Program-made: the position numbers and the translations under genes
Origin: an uncultured bacterium
Lineage (GTDB): Bacteria; Verrucomicrobiota; Verrucomicrobiia; Limisphaerales; UBA8199
Direction: 5' to 3'
Assembly: GCA_963749495.1 (NCBI GenBank)
Contig: CAVVMW010000021.1
Coordinates: forward strand, 608,001 to 672,000
DNA: 64,000 bases
The notes under the pieces: model-generated
What the model was told of the DNA's origin: nothing
What the model saw: only the letters and a program-made list of their open reading frames with translations
Databases searched by the model: none
Shown here: positions 41,946 through 52,070 of the stretch, one piece after another
Position numbering within the stretch: the first letter of the stretch is position 1
Layout: the number at the start of each line of letters is the position of its first letter

Positions 41946-43673
41946 ATGAGCAACGCACGGAGTTACTCGCGCAAAGTGGCCGCCGTTGCCGCATTGGGGC
42001 TGGTCCTGGCGCTGGCCGGCATAGCGATCAAACAGCTTGCCGGGGTGAGGGCCGGGAGCGGGGCACGCCCGCCAGCGCCGGCCCTGGCCGTCACGCCCCC
42101 GGTCCCCGCCGGGCCGGAGGATTTGTTCGAGGACGTCACTGAGCGGGCGGGCATCCATTTTGTCCACCAGTTCTGCGACACCAAGATTGCGAACATCATC
42201 GAATCGAACGGTGCGGGCGGGTGCTGGCTGGATTACGACGGGGACGGATGGATGGATTTGTTTCTGGTGAACTCCGGGCCGCTGGATGGGGTGACGCACC
42301 ATGCGCCCGGCACGGCGCGCCAACCCAACCGCCTCTACCGCAACCGCGGCGACGGCACTTTCGAGGATGTCACCGAAAAGGCCGGCCTGGGAGGCGCCGG
42401 CTATTGCACGGCCGCCGTCGCCGCCGATTACGACAACGACGGCCATACCGACCTGTTCGTCGTGGGCGTGGGGCGCAGCTATCTCTACCACAACCGCGGC
42501 GACGGCACCTTCGAGGATGTCACCCAGAAGGCCGGCGTCGCCAACCTGGGCGGCACGGGCATCGGCGCGGTCTTTCTGGACGCGGACAATGACGGCTTGC
42601 TGGACCTCTTCGTCGCGAATTACCTCACCTTCGATCCCAATTATCAGCTCTATTATAATCCGGACGCCTATCCCGGCCCGCTTTCGTACAAGCCGCAGTT
42701 CAACAAGCTTTATCACAATCGCGGCGATGGCACGTTCGAGGACGTGAGCGAATCCTCCGGCATAAGGGTCCCCGGACACCGCGCGATGTCGGTGGCGGTG
42801 TTCGATTACAACGGCGACGGGGCGCAGGACCTTTACCTCTCGAACGACGGGACGCCCAATGTGCTGCTGGTCAACGACGGCAAGGGCCATTTCAAGGACG
42901 TGGCCCTGCAGGCGGGCGTGGCGTTCAACGCGATGGGCGAGGCGGCCGGTTCGATGGCCGCCACGATCGGCGATTGCAATGGCGACGGCCTGGAGGACAT
43001 CCTGGTGACGCGCCTGGGCTATGGCTCGCTCTACATGGGGACGGCCAAGGGCGTCTATGACGACCGCATGATGGCCTCGGGCCTTGGGTCACTGACGGCG
43101 CAATTCGTGGGCTGGGGCGGCTGCTTCCTGGATTTCGACAACAGCGGCAAGCTCGGCATCTTCATCGCCAATGGAGACGCGCATTACCTGGTAGGCTGGG
43201 AGAGCCTGCTGCTGGAAAATCGCGGTGACGGCACGTTCACGGACGCGGCGGCCAAAGGCGGCGCCTATTTCAAGACCAAGGTCCGCGCCCGAGGCAGTGC
43301 GGTGGCCGATTATGACAACGACGGCCGCATGGACATCGTCGTGACGACGATGGGCGACCGGCCATTCCTGCTGCACAACCGCGACCGGTCGGGCAACCAC
43401 TGGCTCACGCTCGACCTGGAAGGCACCCGCAGCAACCGCGACGGCTTCGGCGCCAAGGTCAAGGTCACCGCCGGCGGCAGGACCCTGTGCGCCGAGTCGC
43501 GCTGCGCCTTCGGGTTCCTCATGCAGAGCGACCGCCGCCTGCACTTCGGCCTGGGCAAGGCCGCAACGGTGGACCGCATCGAAATCCTCTGGCCCAGCAA
43601 ACAGGTCCAGCAACTGGCCGGCGTCAAAGTGGATCAAATCCTCAAGGTGCGTGAACCCGGGGAGAGGAAGTGA
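41946..43673 (+). CDS. CRTAC1-family (FG-GAP + ASPIC-UnbV) protein, single-propeller type
   Basis: DYDGDG/DYDNDG repeats, NRGDGTFEDV, SNRDGFGAKV...LHFGLG. Confidence 0.9.
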   Translation: MSNARSYSRKVAAVAALGLVLALAGIAIKQLAGVRAGSGARPPAPALAVTPPVPAGPEDLFEDVTERAGIHFVHQFCDTKIANIIESNGAGGCWLDYDGDGWMDLFLVNSGPLDGVTHHAPGTARQPNRLYRNRGDGTFEDVTEKAGLGGAGYCTAAVAADYDNDGHTDLFVVGVGRSYLYHNRGDGTFEDVTQKAGVANLGGTGIGAVFLDADNDGLLDLFVANYLTFDPNYQLYYNPDAYPGPLSYKPQFNKLYHNRGDGTFEDVSESSGIRVPGHRAMSVAVFDYNGDGAQDLYLSNDGTPNVLLVNDGKGHFKDVALQAGVAFNAMGEAAGSMAATIGDCNGDGLEDILVTRLGYGSLYMGTAKGVYDDRMMASGLGSLTAQFVGWGGCFLDFDNSGKLGIFIANGDAHYLVGWESLLLENRGDGTFTDAAAKGGAYFKTKVRARGSAVADYDNDGRMDIVVTTMGDRPFLLHNRDRSGNHWLTLDLEGTRSNRDGFGAKVKVTAGGRTLCAESRCAFGFLMQSDRRLHFGLGKAATVDRIEILWPSKQVQQLAGVKVDQILKVREPGERK

Positions 43674-45388
43674 AAACCAAAATCCGAACCAGGCAGAAAA
43701 ATGGGGGCAGAAAGATGAATCTCTTTCTTATGTTTCTGCCCCCATTTTTCTGCCTTCAAGTCTTCCTGCTGGCGGGCGCCGGGTGCCGCAAGCCGGCGCC
43801 GGCCGGCGGGCTGGTGCTGACGCAATCGCCTGCGCGCGCCGCTGCCGCTGCGGCGGCAGATGTCCTTGATTTGCGTTATCCGCCCGGCAGCCGCGTCGTT
43901 CTGGCGGCCGAACCGTTCGACCCGAGGCGCGTTCAGGTGCTTTCGCAGGGCTTGGCCGCGGCGGGCGATCCGCTGATCTCCTATGATGGCCGGCGCATCT
44001 GCTTCGTGGGCAAAGCCGGCGCCACCAGTGACTGGCAGGTCTATGAAGCGGGGCCGGACAACGACCGTCCTCGCGCCCTGACCTCCATGCCGGGCGGCGC
44101 GATGAGCCCGGCGCTCCTTCCGGATGGGGCTCTTGTCTTCGCCTCGCCAGTGCCAAGGGCCGCTGGGACCAGCCCCGCTCAACCACCTTCGGCCCTTTAT
44201 GCTCAATCGCCCGGCGGTCCGCCGCGCCGGTTGACCTTCGGCGCCCAGGGCGCCGCCGCACCGACGATGCTGCTGGACGGCAGAATCCTGTTCGTTTTCA
44301 CCGGACGCGCGCCAGCGGACCCTCTGGAGCCGGCAGGTCCCGCTTCCGGCCCGGCATTGTTCACGATCAACAACGATGGGACGGAGGTCAGCGCCTTCGC
44401 CGGGCGAAAGGAGCCGGGCGCAGTCATCGAGCGGCCCAGGGAATTGCCGGATGGCCGGGTGGTGTACCTGGTTTCAAAGGGCGACGCCCTTGTGCCCGGG
44501 GGCAGGGCTGAGGCGGTCCGCTTGGCGCGGCCGTTTCAAAGCTGCGCGCCGCTGTTTTCGGGTACCGACCGCATCCGAGCGGTGCAGCCTGCGAACAATG
44601 GCGATTTATTGGTGTGCGCAGCGGGTGCATCGGCGCCCGGGTCTTCACTGGCGCTGTTTCGCATCAGTTCGACTGCGCCTGCCTTGGGCGTGCCGCTCGT
44701 GGCCGACCCGGCCTGGAACAGTTGCGAAGCGGTTGAAATGGCTCCGCACCCCCGGCCCATGGGACGGCTGTCGAGCATGGACCCCGCCAAACAGACCGGG
44801 CAGGTCCTCTGCCTCGACGCAAACTATACCAGTTATGCCCTGGAACCAGGCGGGACCAATTCAGCCGTGGACCGCGTCCGGGTGCTCGCGGAAAGGCCGC
44901 CTGGGGTGGTTTGCGCGCTGGGCGAGGTGCGGGTGCAGGCCGACGGCTCGTTCATGGCCCGCGTGCCGGCCAACGTGCCGCTCGGCTTCGAAGCGCTCGA
45001 TGAAGCCGGCCGGCTCCTGCGCCGAGAGGCCCCGATGCTTTGGGTGCGGCCCGGCGAGAACCGCTCCTGCATCGGTTGTCACGAGCCGCGCAATCACTCG
45101 CCGCACAATCACCGCTCCCTCGCCTTGGACGCGCCCGTGCCACGCCTGGGCCTGGAAAACGCAGCCTTGGCCGGCCCAGCGGGAAACCGGCCGGCTAGAC
45201 CCCGGCTCAGAAGTCACCGCGGAAGTCCGCAAGGTTTTGGAGTGCGCCAGCCCTCTGGCGCTTTTGCGCCCCCGGCTCCGGGTTCGAAAAAGCGGCAGAG
45301 GACTGCCGCAGTCCAAAACGCTTCGCGCCCTCGCCCGCAGGGCCGCCATTCGGTTCATGATCCCAATGCGAGATTTCAAAATCTTTGA
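43670..45388 (+). CDS. Hydrazine synthase alpha (HzsA)-like probable lipoprotein with one CxxCH
   Basis: PD40-like propeller, LFTINNDGT, and DGSF.ARVPANVP..F..LD..G...WVRPGENRSCIGCHE. 3' end extended through a family C repeat. Confidence 0.75.
   Translation: MKTKIRTRQKNGGRKMNLFLMFLPPFFCLQVFLLAGAGCRKPAPAGGLVLTQSPARAAAAAAADVLDLRYPPGSRVVLAAEPFDPRRVQVLSQGLAAAGDPLISYDGRRICFVGKAGATSDWQVYEAGPDNDRPRALTSMPGGAMSPALLPDGALVFASPVPRAAGTSPAQPPSALYAQSPGGPPRRLTFGAQGAAAPTMLLDGRILFVFTGRAPADPLEPAGPASGPALFTINNDGTEVSAFAGRKEPGAVIERPRELPDGRVVYLVSKGDALVPGGRAEAVRLARPFQSCAPLFSGTDRIRAVQPANNGDLLVCAAGASAPGSSLALFRISSTAPALGVPLVADPAWNSCEAVEMAPHPRPMGRLSSMDPAKQTGQVLCLDANYTSYALEPGGTNSAVDRVRVLAERPPGVVCALGEVRVQADGSFMARVPANVPLGFEALDEAGRLLRREAPMLWVRPGENRSCIGCHEPRNHSPHNHRSLALDAPVPRLGLENAALAGPAGNRPARPRLRSHRGSPQGFGVRQPSGAFAPPAPGSKKRQRTAAVQNASRPRPQGRHSVHDPNARFQNL
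43692..43754. repeat. Palindrome (family I) within the 5' end of the HzsA-like ORF
   Basis: ggcagaaaaatgggggcagaaa...tttctgcccccatttttctgcc. Confidence 0.8.
45225..45330. repeat. REP-like family C
   Basis: gttttggagtgcgccagccctctggcgctttt...aaaagcggcagaggactgccgcagtccaaaac. Confidence 0.8.
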
Positions 45389-45422
45389 GGCTTCCGATGA
45401 ACCGGCACCCAAGTGACATCAA

Positions 45423-47389
45423 ATGAAACGGCGGACCCTGGTCATCCTGTTGGTCCTGGCGGGCCTGGCCGGCGTGGCGCTCTGGCTGAGGCAGTACGAT
45501 TGGATCGACCATGTCTTGGGCATGTCCCACCAGAAGGACCTGGCGAACGTGTCCTGCTTTAACTGTCACCTCGTTTCCACCGCGCGCCTGCGCTGGGCCC
45601 AACCCCGGCCGCATCACGACGCGCCGGCTGGTCTGGCGGTTTCGCCGGACGGAAGGAGAATTTACATTGCGCTCGACGACCGGAATCAAGTGGCCGAAGC
45701 CGACACTCGCACTCGGCATGTCCTGCGCCGGACCAAGGTGGCGGGACGGCCATTCGGGTTGGCCCTGGACACCGCCGGCAAGAGGCTCTTCGTCACCTGC
45801 CGGGACGGCGACCGGGTGGCGGTGCTGGACACGGAGTCGTTGCAGGAAACCGGGTCAATCGCGGTGGGCATGGCGCCCGTAGCGGCCGCCTTTTGCCGCA
45901 CGCCCGCCGGAGACCGCCTGGTGGTGGCCAATTCCATGTCCGACGACATTTCCGTGCTTTCGGTTTCGCCGTTGCAGGAACTGGGCCGGCCCTGGGCGGG
46001 GCGCGAGCCCTTTGCCGTGGCGGCCGCGCCGGACGGCACACGCGCGTTTGTCGCCAACCGCATGGTTGGCCTGGTTTCGGTACAGAGCATTCCCGCGTCC
46101 GAGGTGACCGAACTCAATCCGGTGACAGCCCGCGTGGTGCGGCGCGGCTCGCTTGACTCGGCGCATCTCTCGGAGGGGATATGCGCGGTGCCTTCGCGGT
46201 CGTGGCTGCTGACGCCGCTGGTCAAGGTGCGCAACCTGGTCCCCATCACCCAGGTGGCCAACGGCTGGGTCATGTCCGCCGGACTGGCGGTCACCGATGC
46301 CAAGACCGGCCGCATCATTCAACTGCCCCTGGACGAAGCGAACCGTTATTTCGCCGACCCGTCGGGCGTTGCAGCCGAGCCTTTGGGCAAACGCGCCTTT
46401 GTCGCCTCCGGCGGCAGTGACGTGGTCACGGTAGTGGACCTGGAGCGCCTGGCGGCCTGGCTGGAAGCCGCAGACCCGACGGCCCGGCAGGAGGCGATTT
46501 ATGACCTTTCGCTCTCGGCCGAGTACGTCACGGCCCGGATTCCCACCGCGCGCAACCCCCGCCACCTGGCGCTCAGCCTGGACGGCGCCACGCTCTTCGT
46601 CGCCGAGCGCCTGGCGGACAGCATCCTGGTGGTGGACGCCCGGAGTTTGCACGCCGAAGGCCGGATCGTTTTGGGAGACGGCGGCTCGAACGACCCGATA
46701 CGGCGCGGCGAGCGGGTTTTCACCACGGCGGCCTACACGTTCCAGGGCCAGTTCTCCTGCCGCTCGTGCCATCCGGACGGCCACGTGGACGGCCTGAACT
46801 ACGACTTCGACGGCGAGACCATCGGCGACAACCTGTTGGACAACCGCAGCCTCCTGGGCGTGGCCGGCACCGAACCGTTCAAGTGGAACGGCAAAAACCC
46901 GAGCCTTGAGGTGCAGTGCGGCCCGCGCTTCGCCAAGGTGCTGATGCGCACCGAGCCCTTTCCGCCCGCGCAACTGCAGGACCTGACGACGTTCATCAAA
47001 TCGCTGCCGCCCCAGCGCAGTCCCCGGAGCGCGGACGGGAAACTGACGCCGTTGCAGGAGCGCGGGAAGGCCATTTTCTTCGCCACCATGACCCCGTCCG
47101 GCAAGGAGATCCGCACGAACGGCGGTGCTCGACCTGCCATCGCCCGCCGCTCTACACCATACGGCTGTCCTTCAACGTGGGCACACAAGGCCCGAACGAC
47201 ACCACCGTGGCCTTCGACACCCCGCACCTGCTGGGCATCGCCCACACCGCACCCTATCTCCACGATGGCCGGGCCCAAACCCTCGAGGAACTCTGGACCA
47301 CGTACAACACCAACGATATGCACGGGGTGAGCAGCTACATGAACAAAATCCAGCTCAACGACTTGGTCGAGTTCCTCAAAACACTATGA
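45423..47389 (+). CDS. YncE/YVTN beta-propeller fused to a di-heme cytochrome c peroxidase-like domain, 3 CxxCH; frameshift near 47111
   Basis: CFNCH (~45555), CRSCH (~46758), CSTCH (~47126), and FDTPHL.G...TAPYLHDG.A.TLEE. One restored C joins the two ORFs. Confidence 0.85.
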
Positions 47390-47454
47390 GCTTGCTTGCG
47401 ACGCAATTTGGCAGGACCTTCGGGCACCGCGTAGTGGCACATGAACCGTCGGCA

Positions 47455-47560
47455 AGCCCGCAGGTTTTGGACTGCGCCACTCCTCTGGCGCTTTTTGGAC
47501 TCAGACCCAGGGGACACGAAAGCGGCAGAGGACTGCCGCAGTCCAAAACGCTTCGCGGCT
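47455..47560. repeat. REP-like family C
   Basis: Near copy of 45225-45330. Confidence 0.8.
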
Positions 47561-47619
47561 GGCAACGCCCGTCCGGTTCCTGGTGGCGGAATGCCAGTCA
47601 CCCAAACGCAATGTGAACC

Positions 47620-48757
47620 ATGAAAACCACCCCGCATCGTCTCACGCTGGCCGCCGGCCTCGCCCTGGGCCTTCAATTGGCCGCCCCGCCTCCCAGCCGC
47701 GCCGCGGAAAACGCGGCACCCCCCCTGCCCTTCCCGTTGATCGAACGCTTCGAAAACCTCGGCGTGAAGGACGGAATTCCCACGCACAAGGTCCACTGCG
47801 TGTTGCGCGCCAGCGACGGCCAGCTCTGGGTGGGCACCTATGACGGCGTGCTGGTCCGTGAAGAAGGGAGGTTCCGCAAGCTCGGCGTCGAGGATGGCCT
47901 GAGCCACAAGATGGTGATGTGCATGGTCGAGGACAAGCGCACCGGCGACCTGTGGGTCGGCACGATGCGCGGGTTGAACCGTTGCAGCGCCGGACGCGTC
48001 ACGTCCTGCCTCCAAACCACCAGCGGCCTGCCCAACAACGTGGTGTATGGCCTGGACATCCTGGGAGACACTCTCTGGGTGGCGACCGCCGCCGGCCTGG
48101 GCGCCCTCAATCTCAGGACCGGCCAATGGAGCATCTATGACCAGAGCAACACTACCATGCACGAGCCCTGGGTGTATTCGGTGAAGGGCGCCAAGGACCG
48201 CCTGTTCGTGGGCGTATGGGGCGGCGGCATTCTCGAACGCGAATTGCCGAACGGCCCCTTCAAGGAACACCGCGACCCCGACCGCGATTTTCATTTCGAC
48301 CTCGTCCCCGACGACGGCCCGGTCAACGACATCACCTCCTGGATTGCCTGGGAGGAGGGCATCCTCTGGCAGGGGACCTATTTCGGCATGTCGCGCTACG
48401 ACGGCTCCCGCTGGCGCACCTGGCAGGAGAAGACCTCCCCGCTGGTCTCCAACTTCATCAACTTCATCTGGGCCCATGGCCGCGTCGCCTGGGTCGGAAC
48501 AGAATCGCGGCCTGTCGGTGACCGACGGCGACACCTGGGCCACCTACCGCGCCGATGAGAAGGGTAATGGCCTTGTCGAGATCGCCCGGCCGGGCCGGCA
48601 GGTCGAGACGCGAACGATGCCCACAAAACTCCCGAATGACTTCGTCCTGGGCATCTGGGTGGACGACCAGGAGGGATGGTTTGCCACCTCCGACGGCCTG
48701 GGACACGGCCTTTTCGCCGCGCCATCCAAGCCCGCCAAAGTTGCGCAGGGAAAGTAG
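47620..48757 (+). CDS. Secreted beta-propeller (two-component-regulator propeller-like repeats); frameshift near 48503
   Basis: LWVGT..G repeats, DGLSH, GLPNN.V; joins as GT|DRGLSV. Confidence 0.8.
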
Positions 48758-48781
48758 GTCCACAATGTCAAACCGAGATCC

Positions 48782-48940
48782 AAGAGCGCGTTCGAAACGC
48801 TTCGCCTTCGAGTCTTTGTCGAAGCCTTTGGCGAAGCCTTTGGCGCGAACCTTTGTCGAAAAATGGCGAATCCGACAAAGGTTGCGACAAAGGCTGCGAC
48901 AAAGTTCTCATTCCGGCGAGTTTTTCGGACGCCCTTTAAG
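48782..48940. repeat. Family E palindromic element, intergenic copy
   Basis: ctttg(t/g)cg x4 / cgacaaag x3 core as at 8288-8430, with degenerate outer inverted repeats. Confidence 0.8.
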
Positions 48941-48954
48941 AACGGCCGCGTATT

Positions 48955-50313
48955 ATGAAAAAAATGCACCTCGTGTGCCTCACCGCGGTGGCCCTGGCCC
49001 CCGCGGCCTGGGGCGCCTACCCGGGGAAGGAAGAGGCCAACACCAATTCCCCCATCGAGCCGATCCTCCCGCCGGGCACACCCGCCGCCCAACAGCCGGA
49101 AGGCGATTATCCCTACTACGGCAACGTGCCGGAGGAGATGATGCCCTACCGCAACATCAAGCCGTTCTACCGCTACTGGCTGACACGGCTCAAGTTCTAC
49201 GGACCCGGCCGCGAGTATCCCGATCCCCCCGGCCTGAAATCGCTCAAGGTCGGCCTGCTCAGCCCGGCGCCTGACGGCCCGGAAACCGCGCGCGGCCAGA
49301 TGAGCAAACGCGGCCTCATGCTGGCCTTCGAGGAAGCCAACGCCGCCCGCCGGCCCGGCGAACTGCCCTTTGAGGTCATCGAAAAGGCCGACTCGCCCCA
49401 GTGGGGCAGCGCCGCGAACATCGCGGTCGAATTCGCCGACACCGGCGTGCTGGCCTTCGTCGGCACGGTTGACGGCGATGCCACGCACGTGGCGTTGCGG
49501 GCGGTCTTGAAGCTCGAAATCTTCATGCTCAACTGCTCCGATCCCGATCCGAGCCTGACCGAGACGCAAGTCCCCTGGCTGCTGCGCAACTTTCCTGACA
49601 ACCGCCAGCAGGGCTACTTGCTGGCCCGGCTGATCGTCCAGGAACGCGGCTTGACTCGCATCGTCGTGTTGCGCACCAACAGCCGGCCCGGCCGCATGGG
49701 CGTCCGGCCATTCGTGGATGCCGTGCGCCGGCTTGGCCACCCGGTGGCGCAGGAGATCAATTTCACGGAAGGGGACCGCACCTTCGACACCCAGGTCGCG
49801 GTCATCAAACAGGCAAACCCGGAGGCTGTAGTGTTCTGGGGCAACCCCGAGGAGACCGGCCCGGCGGCGACCCAATTGCGGGCGGCGGGCGTGAAAGCCG
49901 CGTTTTTTGGGTTTGATCGCCTCGTGGACCCAGAGTTCGTCAGGCTGGCGGGCCCAGCGGCCGAAGGCGCCACAGCCGCCTACTTCTTCGACCCGGAGAA
50001 AACGGACAAGCCCTGGACGGATTTCGTGGCGCGATTCCAAAGGCGATACGGGCTGAAACCGGACATCTACGCCGGCTATGCCTACGATGGCGCGCAAATG
50101 CTCGTCGCGGCCATCCGGAAGGGCGGGCCCAACCGCTACCGGATTCGCGATCTCATGGCCAGCATTGACGAATACACCGGCGTGAGCGGCTACATGCGCT
50201 TCGATGGCCGCTGGGACAATATCGCGCCCATCGTGGTCGCTCACTATGCGCAAGGCCGATGGCATTACGCCCCCGCCCCGCAAACCCATCCGCTCAAGAC
50301 GGCCCTCAAGTAA
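48955..50313 (+). CDS. Type 1 periplasmic binding protein (LivJ/LivK-like)
   Basis: Signal peptide; LKVGLLSP; F..RFQRRYG..PD.YA.YAYDG; YTGVSG.MRFD. Confidence 0.82.
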   Translation: MKKMHLVCLTAVALAPAAWGAYPGKEEANTNSPIEPILPPGTPAAQQPEGDYPYYGNVPEEMMPYRNIKPFYRYWLTRLKFYGPGREYPDPPGLKSLKVGLLSPAPDGPETARGQMSKRGLMLAFEEANAARRPGELPFEVIEKADSPQWGSAANIAVEFADTGVLAFVGTVDGDATHVALRAVLKLEIFMLNCSDPDPSLTETQVPWLLRNFPDNRQQGYLLARLIVQERGLTRIVVLRTNSRPGRMGVRPFVDAVRRLGHPVAQEINFTEGDRTFDTQVAVIKQANPEAVVFWGNPEETGPAATQLRAAGVKAAFFGFDRLVDPEFVRLAGPAAEGATAAYFFDPEKTDKPWTDFVARFQRRYGLKPDIYAGYAYDGAQMLVAAIRKGGPNRYRIRDLMASIDEYTGVSGYMRFDGRWDNIAPIVVAHYAQGRWHYAPAPQTHPLKTALK

Positions 50314-50368
50314 TGGGTGCCTTCCGATGGCGAGACCGGAGCAAAACAGGTGCGCAAAAGTAACCAGT

Positions 50369-50575
50369 CACTGAAAACGGAGACGGAGTCCCAGGCGGAC
50401 CCCTCACCCCGACCCTCTCCCCTTCCGAAGGGGAGAGGGAGAGGCGGCGGCCGTCCCTGGAATTTCCAGGCGTCTCCGCTGGCTCAAGCCGCTGCCGACA
50501 ATTCGCCCTCTCCCCATCCGATGGGGAGAGGGTTGGGGTGAGGGGTCCGGGGGGACTGTCTCCGCCTTCACTGAA
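50369..50575. repeat. ccctcacccc/ccctctcccc REP doublet (family G) inside outer inverted repeats
   Basis: Inner ccctcaccccgaccctctcccc...ggggagagggttggggtgagggg; outer tgaaaacggagac / gtctccgccttca. Confidence 0.75.
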
Positions 50576-50601
50576 GCCTTCGGCGCAAACGAAATGTCAG
50601 G

Positions 50602-51732
50602 GTGCCAATTGACAGATTGATGATCACATCAAGGATTTGGATCTGGAACGTTAGCATTCTATTCCTGGTAACGTCGGCAGCGCACGCTCACTCCGGCCAA
50701 GGGGCGGCGCAAAGCACCAATATCGTCATTGGCCTGCTCCTGCCGCCGGAGGAGCCCGAGGCCGCCAGCCTGCGCGAGGGGGCGACCCTCGGCGTGGAGG
50801 AGGCCAACCATTCTGCCGCGGTGCGCGTCCAACTGGTTATCCGCGGGCGCGCCGGCCAATGGGGCGCCGATGGAGTCGAAGCCGCCCGAATGGTGGCGGA
50901 CGACGGCGCGCAGGGCCTGATCGCGCCGCCCGACGGTTCAGCTTCCCACCTGGTCTTGCAGGTCTCCGGCCGCACGGCTGTTCCGGTGGTTTCCCTGTGT
51001 GCGGATTCCTCCGTGAGCCGGACGGGTGTTCCCTGGATGGCGCGGATCGTGCCGCAAACCACGGATGAGGCCAAGGCGCTGTTCAGCGGCCTGGGCAGCC
51101 ATCGCTGGCTTGCCGTGGTTCCCGAGGGCCGCGCCGGACGCGAGGCGGCGCGCGACCTCCAGACGGCCGCGCCAGCCAGCGGTTGTTCGCTGGAGAATGT
51201 CATCGAGGCAGAATCGACGTTCACCAACGCGGCCCGGCTCTGCAAACGAATCCTGGCCAACCGCCCCGAATCGGTGTGCCTCTGGCTGGAGGCGGGCGCG
51301 GCCGGAAGGCTGGCGAAATCGCTGCGAGCGGCTGGTTTTGCCGGGACGCTTGCCGGACCGGGCCGGCTGCGCTCGGCGGCCTTTGCGGCGGCTGCGGGCC
51401 ACGCCATGGAGGGCGTGATCGTGCCCGGCCCCGGTTTGGATGCCAAGGCGGCCGCTTGCCGGCGGCATTTCACCGCCGCCTTCCGCCGCCGTTTCGGCCA
51501 CGAACCGGATGCCACGGCGGCGATGAGTTACGACGCGGCCACGCTATTGATCCACGTTGTGCGGACCGCGGGCGGCCATCCGGCGCACGAGGCCTTTCCG
51601 CTCCGCTCCTCCCTCATCGGCGCTTCCGGAGTTTTAGCCTTCGACTCCCAGGGCAACCGGAAGGCAGACCTCCAGTTGTACCAAGCGCGCGGCGAGCGGT
51701 TCATGCCCGCGGAAACCGGGTCAGACCCATAG
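50602..51732 (+). CDS. Second type 1 periplasmic binding protein-like
   Basis: IVIGLLLP; FRRRFGHEPD.TAAMSYDA; GASGVLAFDSQGNR. Start uncertain. Confidence 0.78.
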   Translation: MPIDRLMITSRIWIWNVSILFLVTSAAHAHSGQGAAQSTNIVIGLLLPPEEPEAASLREGATLGVEEANHSAAVRVQLVIRGRAGQWGADGVEAARMVADDGAQGLIAPPDGSASHLVLQVSGRTAVPVVSLCADSSVSRTGVPWMARIVPQTTDEAKALFSGLGSHRWLAVVPEGRAGREAARDLQTAAPASGCSLENVIEAESTFTNAARLCKRILANRPESVCLWLEAGAAGRLAKSLRAAGFAGTLAGPGRLRSAAFAAAAGHAMEGVIVPGPGLDAKAAACRRHFTAAFRRRFGHEPDATAAMSYDAATLLIHVVRTAGGHPAHEAFPLRSSLIGASGVLAFDSQGNRKADLQLYQARGERFMPAETGSDP

Positions 51733-51764
51733 GGGGGTGTCGGAGGGAAATCGCCACAAAATGG

Positions 51765-51990
51765 ATTTTGCCGGGCTTTCATCACAGAGGGGCTGTAGGA
51801 ATCCAGATACGAACTGGCACGGACCACAACGGTGCCGCCCATCCGGCCGCCTCTTCGTTTCCTTCGTTTCCTTCTGTTCTGTTCCTGTGCCCAGCCGGGC
51901 GGACGCTGGAAAAGAACAGAAGGAAACGAAGGAAACGAAGAATCGAAGAGCCAGATCTTCTCGGAGAGACTGCGATGTGGAGGTCCAATA
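51765..51990. repeat. Family D repeat
   Basis: Matches 12180-12440. Confidence 0.85.
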
Positions 51991-52070
51991 GTAGATGCCC
52001 ACTGGGCCGAACGCGGGTGCGCTTTTCGGCTGGATTCCCGCCGGCGTCACGATTAAGCTTTCCCCAACCG

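Noticed and set aside
43670..47389. Evidence that the organism performs anammox
   Set aside because: Only architectural similarity; the alpha-like protein is short, no HAO/HDH-type multiheme genes are in the window, and the context looks verrucomicrobial.
51183..52070. N-terminal extension of the rhomboid ORF (587 aa)
   Set aside because: Read-through of the upstream gene in another frame and of a family D repeat; ATG 52071 fits the family.
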